This document shows positions 1 through 10,260 of a stretch of 64,000 bases of DNA, piece after piece. Origin of the DNA: Candidatus Latescibacterota bacterium (GTDB taxonomy: Bacteria > Latescibacterota > UBA2968 > UBA8231); assembly GCA_965203175.1 (NCBI GenBank), contig OZ241867.1, positions 384,001 through 448,000 on the forward strand. The letters run 5' to 3'. The translations under genes were made by a program, and so were the position numbers. Positions within the stretch are counted from its first letter, which is position 1; every line of letters begins with the position of its first letter. Under the pieces are notes generated by a model. It was not told where the DNA came from, made no database searches, and saw only the letters and a list, made by a program, of their open reading frames with translations.

Positions 1-90
1 GGCCGCTACAGCAACGCCAAGGCCCGACGCCTGCTGGGCTGGGTGCCGCAAGACCTGTTAGAGGGCTACTGGCGCAAGCCGCAAGGCTAG
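1..90 (+). CDS. 3' end of a probable NAD-dependent epimerase/dehydratase (partial)
   Basis: Frame 1 reads GRYSNAKARRLLGWVPQDLLEGYWRKPQG*, resembling the KARRLLGWxP C-terminus of extended SDRs. Confidence 0.55.
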   Translation, partial: GRYSNAKARRLLGWVPQDLLEGYWRKPQG

Positions 91-93
91 CCT

Positions 94-1119
94 ATGCCCA
101 CGGCCTGCGCACAGGTATTCGACGGCCTAGACCATCCGCTGCGCTGCGAAAGTCTGCCACTGCCCGATTCCCTCGCGCCCGGTGAAGTGCTCGTCGAGAT
201 CGGCCTAGCCACGATCTGCGGCTCCGACCTCCACACGCTGTCCGGCCTGCGCACGGAGCCCACGCCACTGATCCTCGGCCACGAAGCCGTCGGTCGCATC
301 GTCGCCTCGCAGCGCCCCGACTTCTCGCTGGGCGACCGCGTAAGCTGGAGTATTGCCGACAGTTGCGGTACTTGCGTGCCCTGCACAGAACATCGCTTGC
401 CGGAAAAATGCGACGCGCTCTTCAAATACGGCCACGCCACCCTCACCGACGGCAGCGGACTCAACGGTTGTTACGCCACGCATCTGCTCATTAGACCCGG
501 CACCCACATCGTCAACGTGGACGACTGCTTGCCCGACTCCGCAGTCGCCCCGGCCAACTGCGCTTTGGCCACTGCGGTCAACGCCATCGCAGTGCTGCCC
601 ACCCACTGCCACAGGGTTCTGGTCCAAGGAGCCGGTCTGCTCGGCCTCTATACGTGCGCCCTGCTCGCCGAGCGCGGTATCGAGCAAATCTACTGTACCG
701 ACATCGACGCAGACCGCCTAGCGCTGTCCAGCGAATTTGGCGCTATACCCGTGACTGATCCGCCACCGGAAGGACTCGACGCCGTTTTTGAAGTCGCCGG
801 CAACGCGGACTTGATCCCCTCGGGGGTCGCGGCCCTGCGCCCGGGCGGCAGCTACGTCTTCGTCGGCATGGTCCATCCCAACACCCGGCTAGAGTTGACC
901 GGCGAACAGATCATTCGCAAGTGCCTGACGATCCGCGGCGTCCACAACTACAGCCCGCACCATCTCGACGAGGCGCTCGCCTTTCTCGCCCGCACCGCCG
1001 ATCGCTACCCGTACTCATCGCTGGTCAGCGCCCCCTTTGCCCTCGCCGAGCTAGCGCAAGCCATCGCCTTGGCCGAAACCCGCCAGCACATCCGCGTCGC
1101 CGTTGATCCCAGCGCATGA
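94..1119 (+). CDS. Zn-dependent alcohol dehydrogenase, phosphonate-catabolism-associated type
   Basis: ICGSDLH and GHE motifs, structural Zn CxxCxxC...C, GAGLLG Rossmann motif; overlaps phnA start. Confidence 0.85.
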   Translation: MPTACAQVFDGLDHPLRCESLPLPDSLAPGEVLVEIGLATICGSDLHTLSGLRTEPTPLILGHEAVGRIVASQRPDFSLGDRVSWSIADSCGTCVPCTEHRLPEKCDALFKYGHATLTDGSGLNGCYATHLLIRPGTHIVNVDDCLPDSAVAPANCALATAVNAIAVLPTHCHRVLVQGAGLLGLYTCALLAERGIEQIYCTDIDADRLALSSEFGAIPVTDPPPEGLDAVFEVAGNADLIPSGVAALRPGGSYVFVGMVHPNTRLELTGEQIIRKCLTIRGVHNYSPHHLDEALAFLARTADRYPYSSLVSAPFALAELAQAIALAETRQHIRVAVDPSA

Positions 1120-2333
1120 TTCAAGTCAATGACCGGGGCTATCGCCCGCGCGAAAAAGCCATTGTCGGCATCTGCCTCGACGGCTGCTCTCAGGCCTACC
1201 TCGACGAAGCTGCTGCTCAGATGCCCAATCTCCGTTCGATCATCGAGCGCGGCGTCCACGGCCAAGTCCACACCGTCATTCCCTCTTTCACCAATCCCAA
1301 CAACGTTGCCATCATCACGGGTGCGCCGCCGGCCATAAACGGCATTCCCGGCAATTTCTACTACGATCTAGACGCCGAGGCGGAAGTGATGATGAACGAC
1401 CCCTGCTTCCTGCGCGCCCCCTCGATCCTCGCCGCCTTCCATCAAGCCGGCCAACAAGTAGCTGCCATCACCACCAAAGACAAGCTGCGCCTGCTTTTGG
1501 CCCACGGCTGGCACGGCATCAATTTTTCTGTCGAAAAAGCGCACGAAGCCGCGCCGTCCACCCACGGCATCGCCGATGTCCTCGACCTAGTCGGCCGGGA
1601 AAACCCCGGCATCTACGATCCCGAAGCCAGCGTGTACTGCATCGAGGCTGGCGCGCGTCTGCTCGAGCGCTACGACCTCGACCTGCTCTACCTTTCGACG
1701 ACCGATTTCGTCCAGCACAAGTGGGCACCCGGCGAGCCGGAGGCCAATGCCTTCTACGCGCGCCTCGACCGCTTTATCGGCGCGCTCGACGCCCAAGACA
1801 TTATCTTGGGCATTACCGCCGACCACGGCATGAACGCCAAAACCAAGGCCGACGGTTCGCCCAAGGTGCAGTTTATCGAGACCCAACTCGTCGCCGCCGG
1901 CATCGCCGAAGCTAGGGTCATTCTGCCCATCACCGACCCCTATGTGGTCCACCATGGCGCGCTAGGCTCCTACGCCACCGTCTATATCGACGACGCGCAC
2001 ACCGAACGAGCCACCGCGGTTCTCCGCGCCATTCCCGGCGTCGAACAGGTACTCAGCCGCGAGCAAGCGGTCGCCACCTATCAACTCCCCCCTGACCGCA
2101 TCGGCGAACTGGTCGTACTCGCCGACCAAGACACCGTCCTCGGCCGCACTCCCGACTGGCACGAACTCGCCGATGTCGCCGAGGGCCTGCGCTCGCACGG
2201 CGGTCTGCACGAAGGCGTGGTGCCCATGATCTGCAATAGACCGCTGACAGATGAATACGCCGAGTTGTTGGCCTCGGGCCGAGCACGCAACTGGGATCTT
2301 TTTGACTTTCTTTGCAATGGAGTCCTAGCCTGA
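1116..2333 (+). CDS. phnA: Phosphonoacetate hydrolase
   Basis: ICLDGC, PSFTNPNN, YLSTTDFVQHK, TADHGM, DPYVVHHG and LRSHGG motifs of PhnA. Confidence 0.93.
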   Translation: MIQVNDRGYRPREKAIVGICLDGCSQAYLDEAAAQMPNLRSIIERGVHGQVHTVIPSFTNPNNVAIITGAPPAINGIPGNFYYDLDAEAEVMMNDPCFLRAPSILAAFHQAGQQVAAITTKDKLRLLLAHGWHGINFSVEKAHEAAPSTHGIADVLDLVGRENPGIYDPEASVYCIEAGARLLERYDLDLLYLSTTDFVQHKWAPGEPEANAFYARLDRFIGALDAQDIILGITADHGMNAKTKADGSPKVQFIETQLVAAGIAEARVILPITDPYVVHHGALGSYATVYIDDAHTERATAVLRAIPGVEQVLSREQAVATYQLPPDRIGELVVLADQDTVLGRTPDWHELADVAEGLRSHGGLHEGVVPMICNRPLTDEYAELLASGRARNWDLFDFLCNGVLA

Positions 2334-2376
2334 TGCGTCCTCTTCGCGCCTTGCACAACTACCGCCATCACCTACC

Positions 2377-3510
2377 ATGCCCGACCTCAAAGCGGATATC
2401 GCCGTAGTCGGCGCTGGCATCGTCGGGTTGGCCCACGCTCTTGCCGCGGCCAAGCGCGGCCACCGCGTCGTCCTCTTCGAGCGCACTCCCCAAGCCCAAG
2501 GGGCCTCTATCCGCAACTTCGGCATGATCTGGCCCATCGGCCAAGCCCCCGGCACCATTCATCAACGCGCCCTCCACACGCGCCAAATATGGCTGGACCT
2601 CGCCCCCAAAGCGGGCATCTGGAGCGCCCAGACCGGCTCCTTGCACTTGGCTTATGCCGACGACGAGAGCGCCGTGCTGGCGGAGTTTGCCGACCGCGCC
2701 CCAGCCCTCGGCTACGCAGTCGAGTTGCTCGATCGGGACGCCGTACTCGCGCGCAGCCACGCCGTGCAGCCCACTGGACTCAAAGGCGGCCTCTGGAGCG
2801 CGGCCGAACTCTGCGTCGATCCTCGCGAAGCCATCGCCAAGCTGCCAGATTACCTAGCGCGCGAGTATGGCATCACCTTCCGCTTCTCCACCCCAGTCCA
2901 CCACATCGACCTACCCCTGATCCACACGCCAGCGGAAACTTGGTCCGTTGACCGCGCCATCGTCTGCAGCGGTGCCGACTTTGAATCGCTCTACCCCCAA
3001 GTATTTGCCAGCAGCGGACTCACCCGCTGCAAGTTGCAGATGATGCGCACCGCGCCCCAGCCCGGTAACTGGCGTCTCGGGCCGATGCTCGCCGCCGGAC
3101 TTACGCTGCGCCATTACCCGGCCTTCCAGTGCTGCCAAACACTGGCCGCCTACACCCAGCGAATTGCCGCCGAGCGCCCCGAATTCGACCGCTGGGGCAT
3201 CCACGTCATGGCCTCGCAAAACGGCCTCGGCGAGATCACCATCGGCGACTCGCACGAGTACGACTGGGTCGTCAACCCGTTTGACAACCCCGCAATCGAC
3301 CAGCTAATCCTCGACTACCTCCAGACCTTCCTCGCCGCTCCAGCCCTGCACATCGCCCAGCGCTGGCACGGCATCTACGCCAAACACCCCGACCAAGCCA
3401 CTTTCATCGCCGAGCCAGCGCGCGGCGTAACCATCGTCAACGGCATCGGCGGCAACGGCATGACCACTGCTTTCGGGCTGGCCGAGGAAGTCTTCGCCGA
3501 GTGGGAGTGA
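2377..3510 (+). CDS. FAD-dependent oxidoreductase (TIGR03364/PbfC-like, DAO fold)
   Basis: GAGIVG, GASIRNFG, IGDSHEY and GGNGMT motifs; adjacent to phnA. Confidence 0.85.
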   Translation: MPDLKADIAVVGAGIVGLAHALAAAKRGHRVVLFERTPQAQGASIRNFGMIWPIGQAPGTIHQRALHTRQIWLDLAPKAGIWSAQTGSLHLAYADDESAVLAEFADRAPALGYAVELLDRDAVLARSHAVQPTGLKGGLWSAAELCVDPREAIAKLPDYLAREYGITFRFSTPVHHIDLPLIHTPAETWSVDRAIVCSGADFESLYPQVFASSGLTRCKLQMMRTAPQPGNWRLGPMLAAGLTLRHYPAFQCCQTLAAYTQRIAAERPEFDRWGIHVMASQNGLGEITIGDSHEYDWVVNPFDNPAIDQLILDYLQTFLAAPALHIAQRWHGIYAKHPDQATFIAEPARGVTIVNGIGGNGMTTAFGLAEEVFAEWE

Positions 3511-3514
3511 GCCA

Positions 3515-4306
3515 ATGAGCCTCAGAGAGCGCGTCTATCACTTTATTGAGCCAGACCACGAGCCGGGGCGCATCGTCGATGTAGCCATCATCGTCCTGAT
3601 CCTGCTCAACATCGTCGCCCTGATCCTCGAAACCGTCGAGCCTATCTACAACCTCAATCGCGCAGCCTTTGAACTTTTTGAGGATTTCTCACTAACCGTG
3701 TTCGCGATTGAATACCTAGTACGCTTGTGGGCCATTACCGCCAATCCGCGGTTTTCGCATCCCGTGACCGGGCGCATTCGCTTTGTCTTGACGCCCCTCG
3801 CCATCATCGACTTCCTCGCTATCCTCCCCTTGTTCCTGCCGCCCCCGACTGTAGATGCGCGCTTTATCCGCGTAATCCGCGTAATCCGCATCTTCCGCGT
3901 CCTCAAACTGGTGCGCTACTTCCGCGCCCTGCGCTTGCTCGGCCACGTCATTGCCGATCGCAAAGAAGAGCTCGTCAGCATCTTCTTAGTGCTCCTGATC
4001 CTGTTGGCCCTCTCCTCGTCGCTGATGTATCTCGTCGAGCACGAAGACCAACCCGAGGTCTTTACCAGCATTCCGGCCACCATGTGGTGGAGCATCGTCA
4101 CCTTGACCACGGTCGGCTACGGCGACACCTATCCGATCACCGCCCTCGGCCAGACCATCGCCGCGGTCATCGCCATCTTGGGGATCGGCATGTTCGCGCT
4201 GCCGGCCGGCCTGCTCGGCGCAGGATTTGTCGACGCTCTAGCGGCTCATCGGTCAGAAGACTCAGAGCGCCGTTGCCCGCACTGCGGCGAGCCACTCGAC
4301 AAATAA
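3515..4306 (+). CDS. Voltage-gated K+ channel-like ion transporter
   Basis: S4 segment RFIRVIRVIRIFRVLK, TTVGYG filter, C-terminal CPHC. Confidence 0.92.
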   Translation: MSLRERVYHFIEPDHEPGRIVDVAIIVLILLNIVALILETVEPIYNLNRAAFELFEDFSLTVFAIEYLVRLWAITANPRFSHPVTGRIRFVLTPLAIIDFLAILPLFLPPPTVDARFIRVIRVIRIFRVLKLVRYFRALRLLGHVIADRKEELVSIFLVLLILLALSSSLMYLVEHEDQPEVFTSIPATMWWSIVTLTTVGYGDTYPITALGQTIAAVIAILGIGMFALPAGLLGAGFVDALAAHRSEDSERRCPHCGEPLDK

Positions 4307-4340
4307 AGAAGCGGCCGAGGCAAAAGCCCCGGCCGCTTCT
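4307..4340. terminator. Hairpin between convergent genes, probable terminator
   Basis: AGAAGCGGCCG...CGGCCGCTTCT inverted repeat just after the stop codon. Confidence 0.65.
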
Positions 4341-4361
4341 CTACGCTCATTTTTTGCGTCA

Positions 4362-5387
4362 TCAATCGAGCGGCAGTTCCACTCGCCGCCCTTCGGCCAT
4401 GCTGATCTGCACGGCCTCGGTAAATTCCATGTACTTAACCCCGTCGGCAAAGCTGGTATGCGTAACGGACCGACCATCGCGAATGGCATCGACAAAGTCC
4501 TCTTCTACCTGCCAGCCATCGCGCGGATGCTCGGGGATGTCGAAGGACTGGTACTCGTCGTCGCCCTCGCCAGCTATCCATATCCCACTCTCGTCCATCT
4601 TAAACGAGCCTTTGGTGCCGTAAAAGGCAAAGCCAAAGGAAGGGCCTAAGCGCGCGACGCTGCTCAAGTGATAGACCGCGGTCGCGCCGCTTTCCAACTC
4701 GGCGACAATGCCCAAGCTCTCCGGCACATCGGCCGGCGCTCTTTGCCCGGTCTCCTCGTCGAGCCGCTCGGTCGTAAACGTCTTGCCGTAGGCTATCACG
4801 GCCTTTTCGTGCCCGGCATAGCGCCGCACCGTCTCGTTGCCAATGCCCATCGCCATGATGTTGTTGCCCGACAGATCGCGGCGCTGCCGCCAGTGCAAAG
4901 GCGCGTCCGGAGCGTAGCCGCCAGAGAGGCCAGTGAAGTGAATTTCCAACAAGTCGCCGAAAAAACCGCTGTGCAGCTTGTCGAGCAAAAGCGGCTCGGC
5001 CGACAAGTAGAAGGGTGCCGGCACGATCATCGCCACCTTGTCCGTTTGCTGCGAGGCCGCGTACATCTGCCGCGCCTCGGCCAAATTCATGCACATCCGC
5101 GCCTCGGTCAGCACGTGCTTGCCCGCTTCGAGCCCGGCCAGCGTCATCGGACAGTGCATATAGGGCCACGTGCCGATGCAGATTGCATCTACATCATCGC
5201 TTGCAATCAGCGCCCGCCAGTCCTCAAAGACCTGTGGGATCCCGTACTCGTCGGCGATCCGTTGGCCCGATTCGCGCGAGCGGTTGCAGACCGAGGTTAT
5301 TTCGACCCCGTCAATGCCTTGAAAACCGGGAATGTGCTGCAAGCGGGTATTGGCCCCCGCGCCTATTAGTCCTATGCGAAGTGTCAC
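4362..5387 (-). CDS. Gfo/Idh/MocA family oxidoreductase
   Basis: IGLIGAG Rossmann motif, GKHVLTE. Confidence 0.88.
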   Translation of the reverse strand: MTLRIGLIGAGANTRLQHIPGFQGIDGVEITSVCNRSRESGQRIADEYGIPQVFEDWRALIASDDVDAICIGTWPYMHCPMTLAGLEAGKHVLTEARMCMNLAEARQMYAASQQTDKVAMIVPAPFYLSAEPLLLDKLHSGFFGDLLEIHFTGLSGGYAPDAPLHWRQRRDLSGNNIMAMGIGNETVRRYAGHEKAVIAYGKTFTTERLDEETGQRAPADVPESLGIVAELESGATAVYHLSSVARLGPSFGFAFYGTKGSFKMDESGIWIAGEGDDEYQSFDIPEHPRDGWQVEEDFVDAIRDGRSVTHTSFADGVKYMEFTEAVQISMAEGRRVELPLD

Positions 5388-5461
5388 AGCCGTTTTCCTC
5401 CTGTGTTTGTAGTCCTAGTCGTGGATTGGCTGGCCTAAGCTAGCCGCCCCCTTCGCGCCTG

Positions 5462-6922
5462 TCAACGCCATTCATAAAGCGACTTCCGCGCTAGTCGGTA
5501 CTCATCGGCAGGCCGGTCAATCGCCGTCGCCCCGCCCGAGGCCACCTCGATTAGACGACCGCACACCGGCTCGTAAGCCGCTCTAGGTGCCACCGCGCCT
5601 TTGGCCACCAAGATGCGCTGGTGCTCGGGCTGAATCCCCGCGCAGGTAATCTGGTGGATGCTGTTGGGACAGGACCGCTCGCTGTTGAGCAAGAGCAATC
5701 CTTTGCTACCGGCTTGTTCGACTTGTACAACCGCGGTCGGCCCCTGATTGAAATAGCGGCCTCCACCGTGCCGACGCTCGCGCTCTTCGTACGAGCCATC
5801 GTGTAGCGTCCGCACCCGACCGGCGATTTCCAAAGTTGGCCCGTGCATGTCGTCGGTCTTGCCGCCCACGCGGAGCTGAACTTGCCCGCCGACGCCAGCG
5901 GCAAAACACGCCTGCGCGCTTTCGATATCCCAGACCGATACCACCCATCCGTCCGCCCCCTGCGCGAGCAATTGCTCCAACACAAACGTCGAGTCGCCTG
6001 ACGAGCCGCCGCCGATGTTGTCGCCCATGTCGAGCAGGCACACGGGCGTCTCCTCGCTCGCCAACGCTAACCGCACGGCCTCGGCTGGACCGGGCACCGA
6101 GTGCTTTAGCTGGTCGCGGCTGGCCCACATCTGCTCGCCCAACCGCTCAGCCTCGCGCCTCGCCCTTTCTTCGTCCCCATCGGCAATCACCACAATCGCC
6201 GGCCCCATATAGGGCACGTCCGCGTATTGGTAGCCTCCGGCGATGCTGCACCCGAGGATCCCCGCCTGAGACTCCAACTCAATCACCGCCTGCATCAGCG
6301 GCTGCATGGGCGCGACGCTCGTGTTGTGGAAGTAGATGTTGAAGAGCACTTCCGGCTTGACCAGCGCCATCTCGGGCTGGATCTCACCGCGAATCTGCCG
6401 CGTCAAAATAGACGCGGCCTGCAAGCCTCGTTCCCGCTGGTCAATGTGGGGATTGGTCTTGTAGATGATCAAGGAATCGGCTGCGTCCACCAGCTCCGGG
6501 GGCACGTTGGCGTGGTAGTCGTGGGTCACGGCGATGGGCAAGTCGCCCACCAGCGCGCGCACCCGGCGCACGGTCTCGCCGTCGGCTTGGGGGAACTCTT
6601 CGGCGACCATGGCCCCGTGCAGTGCCAACAGCACCCCGTCGAGCTTGGGGGCCGCCTCAAGCCCGCTGAGGATGCGCCCGACAAAGTGCTCGTATGTGTC
6701 CAGAGTCACCGGACCGCCCGGCATCGCCGACGTCGCCAAGAGCGGATAGAGTTCATAGCTAAACTCCTCGGCCCCGGCGACATAGCCAGCAATCTCGTGG
6801 AAGGTTCCCGCGTACTGGTCGATCACGTCTGTACCTTCGCAGACCCCGAAATCCTCCAACTGCGTCGGCTGCGAATAGAACGAATTCGACTCGTGGGAAA
6901 AACTCGCTGTTGCAATGCGCAT
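5462..6922 (-). CDS. M81 family metallopeptidase (MlrC-like)
   Basis: HESNSF, LALHGAM, DYHAN, NPHID and DNIGGG motifs. Confidence 0.88.
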   Translation of the reverse strand: MRIATASFSHESNSFYSQPTQLEDFGVCEGTDVIDQYAGTFHEIAGYVAGAEEFSYELYPLLATSAMPGGPVTLDTYEHFVGRILSGLEAAPKLDGVLLALHGAMVAEEFPQADGETVRRVRALVGDLPIAVTHDYHANVPPELVDAADSLIIYKTNPHIDQRERGLQAASILTRQIRGEIQPEMALVKPEVLFNIYFHNTSVAPMQPLMQAVIELESQAGILGCSIAGGYQYADVPYMGPAIVVIADGDEERARREAERLGEQMWASRDQLKHSVPGPAEAVRLALASEETPVCLLDMGDNIGGGSSGDSTFVLEQLLAQGADGWVVSVWDIESAQACFAAGVGGQVQLRVGGKTDDMHGPTLEIAGRVRTLHDGSYEERERRHGGGRYFNQGPTAVVQVEQAGSKGLLLLNSERSCPNSIHQITCAGIQPEHQRILVAKGAVAPRAAYEPVCGRLIEVASGGATAIDRPADEYRLARKSLYEWR

Positions 6923-7002
6923 TCGGTATCACCTTTCTAGCGAACAGATCGCTTTGTTGCCTCGCTTGTCATGGAATATAATGCTATCTTTCCCAAACGC
7001 TT

Positions 7003-8064
7003 ATGAATCGTTGGCAAAAGATATTCACGTATAAAAAGACCAAGCGCCTGACGCAAATGGTCGCCTGCGGCGGCTGAGCTTCCAAGCTGCGCCCCGACCA
7101 GTTGCGGCGCGCCCTGGCAGGTCTGCCAGCAAACAGCGATCCCAACCTGCTCGTCGGCTTCAACCTCGCCGACGATGCCGGCGTCTATCGCCTCAACGAG
7201 CGCGAGGCCCTCGTGCAAACCGTCGATTTTTTCACCCCCATTGTCGACGATCCCTATACCTTCGGGGCCATTGCCGCGGCCAATTCGCTCAGCGACGTGT
7301 ACGCCATGGGTGGCAAGCCGCTTACCGCGCTCAACATCGCGGGTTTTCCCGCCAGCGATCTCGATCCCGAAGTGTTCAACGAGATTCTGCGCGGCGGCCA
7401 AGCCAAAGCGGCCGAAGCCGGCTGCACGCTCGTCGGCGGACACACTGTGCAAGACCCAGAGCTCAAGTACGGCCTCGCCGTCACCGGCCTCGTCCACCCC
7501 GACCGCATCTACACCAATGCTGGTGCCCAGCCCGGTGACCGCCTCATCCTCAGCAAAAAACTGGGCACCGGGCTGATCGCCAACGCCTTCAAGGCCGGTC
7601 ACCTCACCGAAACCGACCTCGCCGAGGCCGTGGAATCCATGCTCGCGCTCAACAAGGCAGGTGCCGAAATCCTGCCGGACTTCGCCGTCCATGCCTGCAC
7701 TGATATCACCGGCTTCGGCCTTTTGGGGCACGCCGCAGAAATGGCCGAGGGCAGCCAAGTGGGGATAATTTTTTACGCAGCCCAAGTTCCAGCTTTAGCA
7801 CACAGCCTAGCACTAGCCGCCAAGGGCCTCGAAGGCGGCTCCCGCGACAACCAGCTTTTCTTGGAATCCAAAGTCACCGTCGCCGACGGCGTCGATTCAG
7901 CCCGCGCCAATCTCCTCTTCGACGCCCAGACCTCCGGCGGCCTGCTCATCGCCGTGGCCGCAACCGAGGCCGAGGCCCTCCTCCACGCCCTCCAACTAGA
8001 CGCCGCCGCGCTCGTCGGCGAGGTAACCAAAGAAAACCCCGGCCGCATCCTCGTCGAGCCGTAA
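7003..8064 (+). CDS. selD: Selenophosphate synthetase, selenoprotein form (in-frame TGA 7075-7077 read as Sec)
   Basis: ATG7003...RLTQMVACGG-TGA-ASKLRP is in frame with the 7102 ORF; DDAGVY, QTVDFFTP, ANSLSDVYAMGG, GGHT and DAQTSGGLL motifs; exact start uncertain. Confidence 0.92.
7114..7129 (+). promoter_or_regulatory. Candidate bacterial SECIS hairpin
   Basis: CTGGCA-GGTC-TGCCAG stem-loop downstream of the UGA; contains GCAGGTCTGC as in the E. coli fdhF SECIS apex. Confidence 0.65.
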
Positions 8065-8072
8065 CCGCACCT

Positions 8073-9167
8073 GTGCCAAACCATCACCCGCGCATCCTCT
8101 TCCTCGCCCGCCGCTACCCACCCACCATCGGCGGCATCCAAACCCACTGTCACGCGCTCTATACCCGGCTGGTCAACCAGGCCCAAGTCCACCTCGTCGC
8201 GCTGGGCCGCCAATCGCTTTTGCACCTGACTTGGTTCCTCCCCTATTGCTTTGTGGTCGCCTTGTGGGCCGTGCTCTTTCGCCGCGTCGATGCCGTGTAC
8301 TTCGCCGACGGAGTCGCCGCGGTGCTGGCTCCGCTCTTGCGCCCTTTGGGTCCAGCGCGCTTCATCACCACCGTCTACGGCCTCGAAATGACCTACAAAA
8401 ATCCCCTCGCACGCGCGCTGATGCACTGGGGAGTCCGCGCCTGCGACAAGGTCGTCGTCATCAGCGAAAACAGCCACCGCATTACCGCGGCAAGCGGCGT
8501 TCCAGACACCAAGTTGGAGATCATCTACTTAGGAGTCGAACCGCTGGAGTTGACACCAGACGAGTTGGCAGCGGTCCGAGCGCGCTTTGCGGAAGAACAC
8601 GGGCTGCGCTTTGGCCAAGACCGCATCCTGCTGCTTTTCGGCCGCCAGGTCCCCCGCAAGGGCATGGTCGAATTTCTGGAAAAGGGAATGCCCCTGCTCG
8701 ACGCGGATATTCGCCTCCTGATCTGCGGTCCCCTCGGCAGCGCAACCGCGCGCTTGCAGGCGCTCCGTTGCGAACAGAGCTTAGAGGACCGCGTCGTCCT
8801 GCTCGGGCCAGTCCCCGACGATGTGCTGGCCATGCTGCGCACCAGTTGCGATCTTTTCCTAATGCCCAACATTCACATACCCGGCGATGTCGAAGGCTTC
8901 GGCCAAACTCAACTCGAATGTATGTACGCCGGCACCCCGGCCGTGGCCTTTGCCGTCGATGCCCTTACCGAGAGCGTGCGCGAAGGCGGATTCCTCGTTG
9001 ACCCAGAGGACTACCCAGCCTTCGTCGAACAAATTCACCGCTTCTTCGCCCTCAGTCCAACGGAACGCGCCGATCTAGGCCGCCAGTGCCGCGCCTACGT
9101 CCAGCGCGAATACGCTCAAAAAAAAATCGCCAGCCAATACATGGACCTTTTTACTGGAAAGGCCTAA
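8073..9167 (+). CDS. Glycosyltransferase family 4
   Basis: YPPTIGG, GRQVPRKG and EGFG...E motifs. Confidence 0.88.
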   Translation: MPNHHPRILFLARRYPPTIGGIQTHCHALYTRLVNQAQVHLVALGRQSLLHLTWFLPYCFVVALWAVLFRRVDAVYFADGVAAVLAPLLRPLGPARFITTVYGLEMTYKNPLARALMHWGVRACDKVVVISENSHRITAASGVPDTKLEIIYLGVEPLELTPDELAAVRARFAEEHGLRFGQDRILLLFGRQVPRKGMVEFLEKGMPLLDADIRLLICGPLGSATARLQALRCEQSLEDRVVLLGPVPDDVLAMLRTSCDLFLMPNIHIPGDVEGFGQTQLECMYAGTPAVAFAVDALTESVREGGFLVDPEDYPAFVEQIHRFFALSPTERADLGRQCRAYVQREYAQKKIASQYMDLFTGKA

Positions 9168-9172
9168 ACGCC

Positions 9173-10222
9173 ATGCACTTTACCGAACTCGACACCCCCG
9201 CCCTCTGCGTCGATCTCGACGTACTAGAAAAGAACATCCGCGACTTGCAAAACGCCTGCGACCAGCTCGAAATCGGCCTGCGCGTCCATACCAAAACCCA
9301 CAAGACACCGGCCATTGCGCGCCTGCAAATCGCCGCAGGAGCCATTGGCATCGTCAGCCAGAAGTTAGGCGAGGCCGAGGCCATGGCTGACGGAGGCATC
9401 CAAGACATCCTGATTCCCTACAACATCGTCGGCCAGCCCAAGCTAGCCCGTCTGACGCGCCTGATTCAAAGCGGCAAGAGCACCCTAACGGTCGCCTCCG
9501 ATTCCAAGACCACCGTTGACGGACTCTCGCAAGCTGCCACGGCCGCTGGTTGCCGCATCCGCGTGATCGTCGAAATGGACACCGGCGGCGGCCGCGTCGG
9601 CACCCAATCGCCCGCCGACACCCTCGCGCTGGCTCAGCACATCGACCAGCTACCGGGGCTGGACTTCACCGGCGTGATGACCTATCCCAGCAGCGAGCGC
9701 GCCCGTCCCTTCCTCGACGAAGTGCGCGAAGGAGCGCACAAGAGCGGCCTACCGCTGCACATCATCAGCGGCGGCGGCACTGGCAGCGAAACCATCTCCA
9801 AATCCCTCGGCTGCACCGAGACCCGCATCGGCTCGTACGCCTATGAGGGCATGACCCGCGTGGGCAAGCGCGAAGACCTCGACCCTACCCGTTGTCCGTT
9901 GCGCTTGGTCGTCACCGTGGTCAGCACCTCCCGGCCGGGGCAAGCGATCGTCGATGCCGGCCAGAAGGCCTTCACCAGCTACCCGCCGACCCCTTATGGC
10001 TACTGCATCGAACAGCCTGAGCTTTTTCTTAAAGGCATGTCCGTCGAACACGGCCACGTCGATACCACTGCCGCAGACCGTCCAGTCAACGTCGGCGATA
10101 TCCTCTCTTTCATCCCCCTGCACGGCGGAATGACCACCAACCTCCACGATCGCCTCTTCGCCCTCCGCAACGGCGAGGTCGTCGAAGAATGGGCAGTCGC
10201 CGGCCGCGGCCGCGCCCAGTAG
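9173..10222 (+). CDS. DSD1/D-threonine aldolase family PLP enzyme
   Basis: LDTPAL, RVHTKTHK PLP lysine, DAGQKA, SVEHG; start taken at ATG 9173. Confidence 0.85.
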   Translation: MHFTELDTPALCVDLDVLEKNIRDLQNACDQLEIGLRVHTKTHKTPAIARLQIAAGAIGIVSQKLGEAEAMADGGIQDILIPYNIVGQPKLARLTRLIQSGKSTLTVASDSKTTVDGLSQAATAAGCRIRVIVEMDTGGGRVGTQSPADTLALAQHIDQLPGLDFTGVMTYPSSERARPFLDEVREGAHKSGLPLHIISGGGTGSETISKSLGCTETRIGSYAYEGMTRVGKREDLDPTRCPLRLVVTVVSTSRPGQAIVDAGQKAFTSYPPTPYGYCIEQPELFLKGMSVEHGHVDTTAADRPVNVGDILSFIPLHGGMTTNLHDRLFALRNGEVVEEWAVAGRGRAQ

Positions 10223-10260
10223 AGCCGACATATCCCCCTTTTCCACTCCAGAAGGACGCC

